NCBI GenBank assembly: GCA_031416315.1
Contig: JANOTL010000211.1
Span: forward strand, 1 to 43,593
Length of the DNA: 43,593 nucleotides
Source of the DNA: Pseudomonadota bacterium
Lineage (GTDB): Bacteria; Bdellovibrionota_B; Oligoflexia; Oligoflexales; CAIYRB01
Direction of reading: 5' to 3'
Below the pieces are notes generated by a model, which had not been told where the DNA came from, did no database searches, and was given only the letters and a program-made list of their open reading frames with translations. Below are positions 18,301-27,100 of the stretch, piece after piece; within the stretch, counting starts at the first letter, position 1; each line of letters starts with the position of its first letter. Made by a program: the position numbers and the translations under genes.

Positions 18301-20394
18301 TCAGCCGGCCTCGCGCGTGGCGGCGATCTGCCGGTCGCTCAGGTCGGCGACGAGGAGCGCCACGAACATGTTCGAGAGGCACATCGACAGGAAGATCGGC
18401 TTGTCGATCTTGAGCGCCTTGACCTCGCTGCGCGCGCGAACGGAGGCGGTACGCTTCACGTCCTTGATGAGGGAGATCGCGCCGACGAGGGCGCCGCGAT
18501 CGAGGTTGGCGACCTCGCGCGAACCGTGGACGACCTGCACGTCGCCGCTCTCGATGAGGTAGGCGCAGTCGCCGTCGGTCCCCTCCTGCATGAGGAAGGC
18601 GCCCTCGGCGAAGGTTACCGTCTCAACCCGCGCGAGGAGCTCGCGGATCTGACGCGGCGCGAGGTGAGAGAGCGCCTCGGACTCGAGGACGAGCTTCACC
18701 TGCCGGATGAAGCGCGTGAGGCGAATGCGCTCCTCGCTCTGCGCCGGGAAGAGCGCGTCGAATGCCTTGCGTCCGAGGACCAGGGTCTTCACGTCGGTGA
18801 GCGAGCGGATGGTCGCGGTGCGCTTGCCTTGCTCGAGGAGCGCGATCTCGCCGAAGGAGTCGCCGGGATTCAAGACGTCGACGACCTGCTCGGCGCCGCT
18901 CGAGGCGTCGGTGACGATCACCTGCGCTTGGCCCTCGGCGAGGATGAAGAACTCCTCGCCCGGATCGCCGCGGCGGACGATCGCCGTGCGCGCCGGGAAA
19001 CGGCGGAAGTTGAGCGAGGCGACGAGCCGCATCAGCTCGCCGTCGCCAAGGCCCGCGAGGATCGGGATCTCGCGCAGAAAGCCGAGGAGCGCGGCCGTCG
19101 GCGGCAGCTTCTTGTCGTAGAAGCTCGACAGACCTTTGCGCGCGCGATGCAGAGGCAGCCGCGCGAGGGCCGCCAAGTTTTGCAACGGAATCGCCAGAAG
19201 ACGCAAGGCCGGCACGGCGAGGCCGAGGCTCATGACGCCGATGAGGAGCCCGGCCGCGACGCCGCTCAGCGGCTTTCTCCGCGTCTCGAGCAAGGTCTCG
19301 ATCAAAGGCGGGAGCGCGTCGACCAGCAGATCGCTGAAGAGGAGGCTCGTGCCGTAGAGCCAGACGAGCGCGACTCCCGCGAAGGACGCGAGCCACGCTT
19401 GGCGCACGCCGTCGACCCGCGCCTCGCCCTCTTTGAATAGACCTTCTCGTAGATAGCTTTGCGCCTGCTCCAAGAGGCCGAGGGTCGCAAGCGATGCCTC
19501 GCCGAAGCGCACGAGGGGGCTGCGCACCAAAGGGCACAGCGTGAAGACGCCGCACAAGGCGAAAGCGGCCGATACGATCGTCGACACCGGGAAGGTGAGG
19601 CCGGCGAAGGCCCACGGCAGGAAAATCGAGGCCAGGTAATAGCGGCGCATCGCGCCCGTCGGAAGGATCATCGCCTCGTCGTCGGCGACGGCGAAGCGCA
19701 GCGTGACGAAACCGGAAAGGCGGAGCGAGCCGCCGAGCATCGGCTCCGGCGCGCTCGCCGCGCCGGCGAGGAGGAGGAGCTGAACGATGCCGAGCCCGGT
19801 GCTCGCGATGGACAGCGCGAAGAAGAGCTTCGCGACGAGGACCTCAGGCCGCGCGAGGTCCGGCGTGATCAAGGCCGCCGCCGTCGTGTCGGAAAACGTG
19901 ACGCCGACCACCGCGAAGAAAACCGGCAAGAGACCGAGGAGGACGACGCCCGGCGTCGAGACCAGCAATTTTCCGAGAAAGCGCGGGATCGCGTGCACCC
20001 GCGCCCGCTCGAAGCGCACGAGCTCGTAGTCGAGGAGCGCGGCGACCCAGCGGAGGAGGCGGCCCGAGGCTGCGCCTTCGCCCGTCTTGGTGAACTCGGC
20101 AAGGCGCGCGCTCATCTCTGGCGTCGCCGCCGCGAGGAAGCCGGCGTGATAGAGCTTGAGCACGAGGTTGATCGCCGCTTTGAAGTCGAGCTCGCCGCGG
20201 CCGCCGAGGTGATGCGCCAGGAAATCGCCGAGCGCGATCGGCTGGCGCGCCAAGCCCTCCGCCGTGCGCGCCTCCGCGAGCGTCAACGCGAGGTAGCGCG
20301 GCTCGCTCGCGCGACGCAGGACGACGCGGCCGCGCGTCGCTCGACCGGCGAAGAAAGGCGCGACGCGAAGCATGGGCTCGCTCGACTCGGTCAT
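18301..20394 (-). CDS. Polytopic membrane protein with degenerate M50-like domain and two C-terminal cNMP-binding domains
   Basis: Several hydrophobic segments; CNB1 IVRRGDPGEEFFILAEG..FGEIALLEQGKRTAT; CNB2 LMQEGTDGDCAYLIESG..VGAISLIKDVKRTAS; start ATG 20394 inferred. Confidence 0.8.
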   Translation of the reverse strand: MTESSEPMLRVAPFFAGRATRGRVVLRRASEPRYLALTLAEARTAEGLARQPIALGDFLAHHLGGRGELDFKAAINLVLKLYHAGFLAAATPEMSARLAEFTKTGEGAASGRLLRWVAALLDYELVRFERARVHAIPRFLGKLLVSTPGVVLLGLLPVFFAVVGVTFSDTTAAALITPDLARPEVLVAKLFFALSIASTGLGIVQLLLLAGAASAPEPMLGGSLRLSGFVTLRFAVADDEAMILPTGAMRRYYLASIFLPWAFAGLTFPVSTIVSAAFALCGVFTLCPLVRSPLVRFGEASLATLGLLEQAQSYLREGLFKEGEARVDGVRQAWLASFAGVALVWLYGTSLLFSDLLVDALPPLIETLLETRRKPLSGVAAGLLIGVMSLGLAVPALRLLAIPLQNLAALARLPLHRARKGLSSFYDKKLPPTAALLGFLREIPILAGLGDGELMRLVASLNFRRFPARTAIVRRGDPGEEFFILAEGQAQVIVTDASSGAEQVVDVLNPGDSFGEIALLEQGKRTATIRSLTDVKTLVLGRKAFDALFPAQSEERIRLTRFIRQVKLVLESEALSHLAPRQIRELLARVETVTFAEGAFLMQEGTDGDCAYLIESGDVQVVHGSREVANLDRGALVGAISLIKDVKRTASVRARSEVKALKIDKPIFLSMCLSNMFVALLVADLSDRQIAATREAG

Positions 20395-20744
20395 GAGCGG
20401 TTCCTGCGCGATGGAATCAAGAAAGGAAAGTCTCGTGAACAAGGCGGGCGGCAGATCTGCAGATCCTCTCATTGTACTCCGTCAAGAGATTTTCGACGAT
20501 CCGGCTCAGGTCTGAGCCACGTCGCCGCCGCAAGTCCCGCGACGCCTGGCCTATGCAATTGATATTCAAGAGGAATTTTTCGTTTGCAGTGTCTTTGGCT
20601 GGACGGCCAAAGCTGCGCCAGAGCGGCAATGTATTGAAATGACTACAGCATTTATAAGCTCCCCAAAGTATTCGAGACCTTGCGCCGCTCCAGCTAGTTT
20701 ATTGGAGAAGAATCCATGAAGAATTCAAGGGAGGGGATCGGTCT

Positions 20745-23222
20745 ATGAGAAGTGATTTCTCGTTCGCCCTGGCGGCGTCGTTGACGGCTTTGAGCCTTGC
20801 CGGAACCGCATCGGCCTTCGCGCCGACGGTCTCGAGCCAGGCGGTCGTCATGAAGGCCACGGGCGCGCCGGCCGTCGGCATCCGTGTTCTTCGCCCCACC
20901 GTCGCCAAAGTGACGGACAAAGCCGCCTTCACGGCGCTCGGCGCCAAAGCCAGCTGGAAAATGCAGCGTGACGCGCTCTCCGGCGCCGTTCGCCTCATCA
21001 GCGGCGGCCAGCTCACCCAGAGCGTCGTGAAGAGTGCCAAGCCGGCCGACTTCGTCGACCTTGCCCTAGCCTTCGTCGCCCAGCACGAAAAGCTCCTCGG
21101 CGTCTCTGCCAAGGACCTCGAAGTGAACCAGGACGCGCTCCACGTCGACTCCGACGTGCAATTCGTCAAATTCAAAGTGCTGCGCGACGGGCTCGTCGTC
21201 GAAGACGCCGGCCTCGACTTCCGCTTCAAGCAGGGCAAGCTCCTGCAAGTCGTGGCGCAGAGCTTCGGCGAGGCGACGAGCGACTTGCGCGGCGCCAAAG
21301 GCGGCCTCGAGCGCGTCGCCTCCGCCGCCGTCCTCGCCGACTCGGTCACGGCACGAGGCGAAGCCTACCGCGTCGTCGCCGGCCCCAAAGGCTACGATCT
21401 GGTGCGTGTGGCGCGTTTCGACGCGGTCACCGAAAACGACGCCTTCGGCGTCCAAGTCGAAGCCGCGACCGGCCAGGTCTTCGAGCTCCGGCCGACGAAG
21501 CTCCACCTCTCCGGCTCGGCCTCAGGCCAGGTCCACGACCGTTGGTATGCCGAGCCCTTGCAGATCTTTCCGTACGGCGACACCAATCTCGTCTTCGAAG
21601 GCGGCAGCGTCACCACCGACCTAAGCGGCGACTACGTCTCGGCACCCGACGGCGCGCAGCCGAAGATCGACGGCTTCGAAGGCCCCCGCGTCAAGGTCGT
21701 CCCCGAGACCGGCGACAAGGTCGTCGCCGGCGGCGTCCAGGTCCGCGACCGCTGGAACGTCGTCTATACCAAGACCGATGCCACCCCGGCGTCCGAAGAT
21801 AAGAACGTCGCCCAGTCGATGATCTTCTTCCATACCAACAAGATCATCCAGCGCGCCAAGGGCATCATTCCTTCGGTCACCTGGCTCGACCAACAGCTCG
21901 TCGCGAACGCCAACCTTTCGTCGACGTGCAACGCGCACTGGGACGGCACGACGGTCAACTTCTACTCGGCGGGCGCCGACTGCGGCAACACCGGCCTGAT
22001 CTCCGACGTGATGTACCACGAGTGGGGCCACGGCCTCGACGCCAACACCGGCGGCATCGCCGACGGCGGCTACTCCGAGGGCTTCGGCGACATCATGTCG
22101 CTCATCATGACCCGCTCCGCGATCTTGGGCATCGGCTTCCGCCTCGACGGCAGCCCGGTCCGCGAGCTCGAGACCGACAAAATCTATCCGCAAGACGCGG
22201 GCGGCGGCGTCCACTCGGAAGGCCTCATCATCGGCTCGACGTTCTGGGACCTGCATCAAGCCTTGGCCGACGTGTACGGAGCGGACGTCGCCAACGAGAT
22301 GACGGCGCAGTTCGCCTTGAAGACGGTCCTGACGGCATCGCGCTACACCGACGTTTACGACGCCCTCCTCGTCGTCGACGACGACAACGCGGACCTCTCC
22401 GACAACACGCCGAACTACTGCACGGTGAACAAGGTCTTCGGCGCGCACGGCCTCGCCGTCATCGACGAAGCCTGCAACCTCGCCTCGATCCCGTCGATCG
22501 AGGTCGACGACGATGCCGGCGGCAACGGCAACGGCATCCTCGAGCCGGGCGAGCGCGCGATCCTGAGAATGCTGGCCCAAAACGCCGCCACCGAAGCGGT
22601 CACCGGCCTCACGGGCGTCCTCACCGTCGCCGGCGGCGAAGGCTTGAACGTCACCGACGGCAACCTTGGTTGGAGCTCGGTCCCGGCGCAGGGCACCGCG
22701 GTCTCGAACAACCCCGCGCGCGTCACCGTCGCGGACGACGTCGCCTGCGGCGCGACCTTCGACGCGAAAGTCAGCCTGGCGGCGGGCGCGCGCACCGCCG
22801 TCGTCCACCAGACTCTGAGCATCGGTCGCCTCGCCGGCACCGCGGCGCTCTTCCAAGCGGGCGGACTGCCGCTGCCGATCGCGGACAACGCCACCACGAC
22901 CGCGACCGTCGACGTCTCGGGCGGGCAGTGGGACTCGGCGACGACCGTGTACGCTGCGCGCTTGAAAGTCGACTTGACTCACACCTACATCGGCGATCTT
23001 TCGATCAAGCTCGTCGGTCCGGACGGGACCCTCAAGGACGTTTGGCAGGGCTCGGGCTCGGGCGACGACCTGCAACTCGACCTGGACGTCTCGGCGCTTA
23101 TCTCTGGCCTCAAGGGTCAGGGCACCTGGCAGATCCAGGTGATCGACGAAGCGTCACAGGACGTCGGGACCTTGACGGCGGCCGAGCTGACGCTCACGCC
23201 GGCGCACTTCGAGTGCCAATGA
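20745..23222 (+). CDS. Secreted gluzincin Zn-metalloprotease (M4/M36-like) with propeptide and C-terminal proprotein-convertase P domain
   Basis: Signal peptide ASA|FA; CNAHWDG; YHEWGH; GYSEGFGD (third ligand); VHSEG; DLTHTYIGDLSIKLVGPDG..GTWQIQVID (P domain); GGGAGG RBS. Confidence 0.88.
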   Translation: MRSDFSFALAASLTALSLAGTASAFAPTVSSQAVVMKATGAPAVGIRVLRPTVAKVTDKAAFTALGAKASWKMQRDALSGAVRLISGGQLTQSVVKSAKPADFVDLALAFVAQHEKLLGVSAKDLEVNQDALHVDSDVQFVKFKVLRDGLVVEDAGLDFRFKQGKLLQVVAQSFGEATSDLRGAKGGLERVASAAVLADSVTARGEAYRVVAGPKGYDLVRVARFDAVTENDAFGVQVEAATGQVFELRPTKLHLSGSASGQVHDRWYAEPLQIFPYGDTNLVFEGGSVTTDLSGDYVSAPDGAQPKIDGFEGPRVKVVPETGDKVVAGGVQVRDRWNVVYTKTDATPASEDKNVAQSMIFFHTNKIIQRAKGIIPSVTWLDQQLVANANLSSTCNAHWDGTTVNFYSAGADCGNTGLISDVMYHEWGHGLDANTGGIADGGYSEGFGDIMSLIMTRSAILGIGFRLDGSPVRELETDKIYPQDAGGGVHSEGLIIGSTFWDLHQALADVYGADVANEMTAQFALKTVLTASRYTDVYDALLVVDDDNADLSDNTPNYCTVNKVFGAHGLAVIDEACNLASIPSIEVDDDAGGNGNGILEPGERAILRMLAQNAATEAVTGLTGVLTVAGGEGLNVTDGNLGWSSVPAQGTAVSNNPARVTVADDVACGATFDAKVSLAAGARTAVVHQTLSIGRLAGTAALFQAGGLPLPIADNATTTATVDVSGGQWDSATTVYAARLKVDLTHTYIGDLSIKLVGPDGTLKDVWQGSGSGDDLQLDLDVSALISGLKGQGTWQIQVIDEASQDVGTLTAAELTLTPAHFECQ

Positions 23223-23290
23223 ACTGAAGACTTTCGGGAGCCGACACGTCGCGCCGCGAGGGGCGACGTGAGGGGGGGGTACCGAAGATG

Positions 23291-23321
23291 GGGGAGCCAC
23301 AGGGTGGCTCCCCTTTTTTTT
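23291..23321 (+). terminator. Intrinsic terminator after the metalloprotease gene
   Basis: 10-bp stem ggggagccac/gtggctcccc, 3-nt loop, followed by T8. Confidence 0.9.
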
Positions 23322-23414
23322 CGTCGCCGCTGGCGGTTCAGAAGTCGGCAGGCCGATCCTGCCTTCGTGCATTCCTGGTCGGCGTCGATGCTGACGCGAT
23401 CGGAAGGACGCACC

Positions 23415-24050
23415 CTAGCGCGGCATCGCCTTTTCCAGCTCGCCCTGCGTCTTCTTCCACGCCGGCCGCTCGGAAAGCCGATCGAAATAGCCCTGCACCT
23501 GCGGGAAATCGCCGAAGGACAGGCCCGTCGCCTTATACGTCGCCGCAAACGGCACCATCGCGCAATCGGCGATCGAAAGCGTCGGCCCGTTCAGAAAGGT
23601 CCTCCCCATCAAATGCCGCTCCAGCTTCGGCAAGCTCAAAACGAGGCTGTCGCGCGCGTCGTCGATCGACTTCTGGCTGACGGGACGCCCCAGCTTCGGC
23701 GCCATCGCCAAGTTCCACACGAGCGACATGAGCCACCGCGAGACGTGCAAGGTGGTGAAATCCATCATCTGGTCGACGCGCGCGCGGTCCTCGAGATTCT
23801 CCGGGTAGAACGAGGTCTTGCCGAACTTCTGCGCGGCGTAGCGCAAGATCGCGTTCGACTCCGAGAGGACGAAGCCGTCGTGCTCGATCGTGGGCACGGC
23901 GCCGAGCGGATTGAGCCGGTCCAGGGCGGCGCGGCTCTCCGGCTTACCCAACTCGATCAGATGAGACTTATAGGGAATTCCGGCCTCCTCGAAGAAGAAG
24001 AAGACCTTGTGCGCATAGGGCGACATCGGGTTGAAGTAGAGATTGAGCAC
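23415..24050 (-). CDS. Glutathione S-transferase family protein
   Basis: SPYAHKV, LNPLGAVPTI, LSESNAILRY, LSIADC; GTG 24050 preceded by GGAGG. Confidence 0.93.
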   Translation of the reverse strand: MLNLYFNPMSPYAHKVFFFFEEAGIPYKSHLIELGKPESRAALDRLNPLGAVPTIEHDGFVLSESNAILRYAAQKFGKTSFYPENLEDRARVDQMMDFTTLHVSRWLMSLVWNLAMAPKLGRPVSQKSIDDARDSLVLSLPKLERHLMGRTFLNGPTLSIADCAMVPFAATYKATGLSFGDFPQVQGYFDRLSERPAWKKTQGELEKAMPR

Positions 24051-24135
24051 GGGCGAGCCTCCGGCGTGGTTTGGCCAGAGTATGGCTCGGAGTCCCGGAA
24101 ATGTGTACCCTGGGGCTCCTTTTCGGGAGGCTCGC

Positions 24136-27100
24136 ATGCACGGCTTTCATCGCATCGTCTCTCGCTGGTTCACGGGACGATACGGCGTGCCGACGGAGCC
24201 GCAGGAGCGCGGCTGGCCGCACATCCGACGCGGCGGCCCGGTGCTGATCTCCGCGCCGACGGGGACGGGCAAGACCTTGACCGCCTTCCTGTGTTGTATC
24301 GATCGACTCCTGCGCGAAGGCCTCGACGGCAAGCTCCGGAACGAGCTGCGCGTGCTCTACATCTCGCCGTTGAAAGCCTTGTCGCAAGACGTGCGTCTGA
24401 ACCTGACCGGCCCCTTGGCGGAGCTTCGCGAGTGTGCGGAGCGCGAGGGCACGCCGATGCCCGAGCTTCGCGTCGCCGTGCGCACCGGCGACACACCGGC
24501 CTCGCAGCGCGCCTCGATGCTGCGCAAGCCGCCACACATCCTCGTCACGACCCCTGAATCTCTCTTCCTCCTGCTCTCGGGGGCCAAAAGCCGCGAGATG
24601 CTGCGCTCGATCGACACGGTCATCGTCGACGAGATCCACGCCTTGGCCCGCGACAAGCGCGGCTCGCATTTCGCGCTGTCGCTCGCGCGCCTCGACGCGC
24701 TCTGCGCCAAGCCGCCGCAGAGGATCGGCCTCTCCGCCACGCAGAAACCGATCGAGAAGGTCGCACGCTTCCTCGTCGGCCACGACCAGCCCTGCGAGAT
24801 CGTCAACGCCGGCCATCGCCGGGCGCTCGACCTCGGCCTCGTCACGCCCAAGTCCGAGCTCTCCGCGGTCTGCTCGATGGACCACTGGAACGAGATTTAC
24901 GCCGAGATCCAGAAGCTGGTGGAGTCGCACCAGAGCACGCTCATCTTCGTGAACACCCGGAAGCTCGCCGAGCGCGTCTCCTACCATCTGTCGCAGATGC
25001 TCGGAGAGGACAAGGTCGCCGCGCACCACGGCAGCCTGTCGCGCGACCGCCGCTTCGACGCGGAGGCGCGGCTCAAGACCGGGCAGCTGAAAGCGATCGT
25101 CGCCACGGCCTCGCTCGAGCTCGGGATCGACGTCGGCTTCGTCGACCTCGTGATTCAGATCGGCTCGCCGCGCAGCATCGCGACCTTCCTGCAGCGCATC
25201 GGCCGCGCCGGTCACGCCGTGCACGCGACGCCGAAAGGGCGCCTCATCCCGCTGACGCGCGACGAGCTGATCGAGAGCTTGGCGCTCCTCCAGGCCGTCC
25301 GGGCCGGCGAGCTCGACAAGATCGTCATGCCGGAGAAGCCGCTCGACATCCTGGCGCAGCACGTCGTCGCCGCGTCGACCGGAGACGAGCAGGACGACGA
25401 GACTTTGTATAAGTTGATGCAGAGCGCCGCGCCGTATCACGACCTGACGCGCGCCGAGTTCGACTCGGTTCTTGCGATGCTTTCCGACGGTTTCTCGCTC
25501 GGGGCTCTGGGGAAAAAGCGCTCGTATCTGCACTGGGACCGGATTCACGGCAAGATCCGCGCGCGCGACGGCGCGCGCATGGCCGTGGCGATGAACGGCG
25601 GCGCCATCCCCGAGCAGGGCGACTACCGCGTCGTTACCGAGGGCGAAGGGGGCTACGTCGGCACCGTGAACGAGGATTTCGCGATCGAGAGCGGCTCGGG
25701 CGACGTCTTCCTGCTCGGCAACACCTCGTGGATGGTCGTCGGCCTCAAGGGCTCGGACCTGGTCGTGCGCGATGCGCACGGCATGCCGCCGACGATTCCT
25801 TTCTGGCTCGGCGAGGCGCCCGGCCGCACGGTCGAGCTCTCGGCCTCGGTCTCACGGCTTAGGACGGAGATCGCGCAAAGGCTCGACCTCGCGGGGATCG
25901 CGCCGACCGATCCCCTGCTTTCGGCCGAGGCGCTAGCGCAGATCCGCGAGCTCGACCCCCCACCCTACCGCGCCGCGCGCGCCTGGCTCGGCGAGGCCGC
26001 CGCGCCTGAGGACGACTGGGCCGTGCTGCAGGCGGTCCACTACGTCGCCGTGCAAAAGGCAGCGCTGGGGCTCGTGCCGACACAGACCGACATCGTCTTC
26101 GAGCGCTTCTTCGACGACTCCGGCGGCATGCAGCTCGTGCTGCACGCGCCCTTCGGCATGCGGATCAACCGCGGGCTCGGGCTCGCGCTCCGCAAGAGCT
26201 TTTGCCGAAGCTTCGACTTCGAGCTGCAGGCGTCCGCCGACAACGACGGCATCGTGCTCTCGCTCGGGCCGAACCAGAGCTTTCCCCTCGAAGCCTTGTA
26301 CAAGATGGTGAAGTCTTCGACGGTGAAGGAGGTGCTGATCCAGGCGATCCTCGCGGTCCCGCTTTTCCAGGTGCGCTTTCGCTGGAACGCCAACCGCTCG
26401 CTCGCGGTCTTGCGCATGCAGAAGGGCAAGCGCGTCGCGCCGGCCCTCCAAAGGTTTCGCGCCGACGACCTCCTGACCTCGGTCTTCCCGCAGCAAACCC
26501 AGTGCTTCGAGCACCGCACGGGTGATCTGGAGCTGCCGGACCACCCGCTCGTGACCCAGACGATGCACGACTGCCTCACCGAGGCGATCGACCTCGAAGG
26601 GCTCATCGAGGTGCTGGTCCGCCTCGAAAGCGGCGCGATCCGGATGCACTCGCGCGACACGAAGGAGCCTTCGCCCTTCTCCTACCAGCTCCTGAACGCG
26701 ATGCCCTACGCCTTCCTCGACGACGCGCCGCTGGAAGAGCGCAGGGCGCGGGCCGTCGCGCAAAGGCGCTCTTTGCCCTTGGGCGAGATGCAGGATCTGA
26801 CGCGGCTCGACGCCGAGGCGATCGCGATGGTCGGGCGCGAGGCGTTTCCGACGGCGCGCAACGCCGACGAGCTTTACGACGTGCTCGGCCGGCTGGGCGT
26901 TCTCGAGGATGCCGAGGCCCGAGATCATAACAATTGGGAAGCGTTAGTGAAATCCTTAGTGGCGGACGGACGCGCCACGCGCATGTCCTTGGGAGACCGG
27001 AAATTTTGGGTGGCGGCCGAGTCGGTGCCTTTGGCGACGGCGGCATACGACGGCGTCGGGACGTTCACGCCGGAGGTCGCGCTCTCCCCGGAGCTCAGGC

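Noticed and set aside
18301..20394. Pycsar/CBASS-type anti-phage effector
   Set aside because: No nucleotide cyclase, CD-NTase, TIR or other defence gene is adjacent; CNB domains alone are not sufficient evidence.
20545..20565. Sigma-54 promoter (TGGC...TTG)
   Set aside because: The spacing is off by one and the -12 GC is missing relative to TGGCAC-N5-TTGC.
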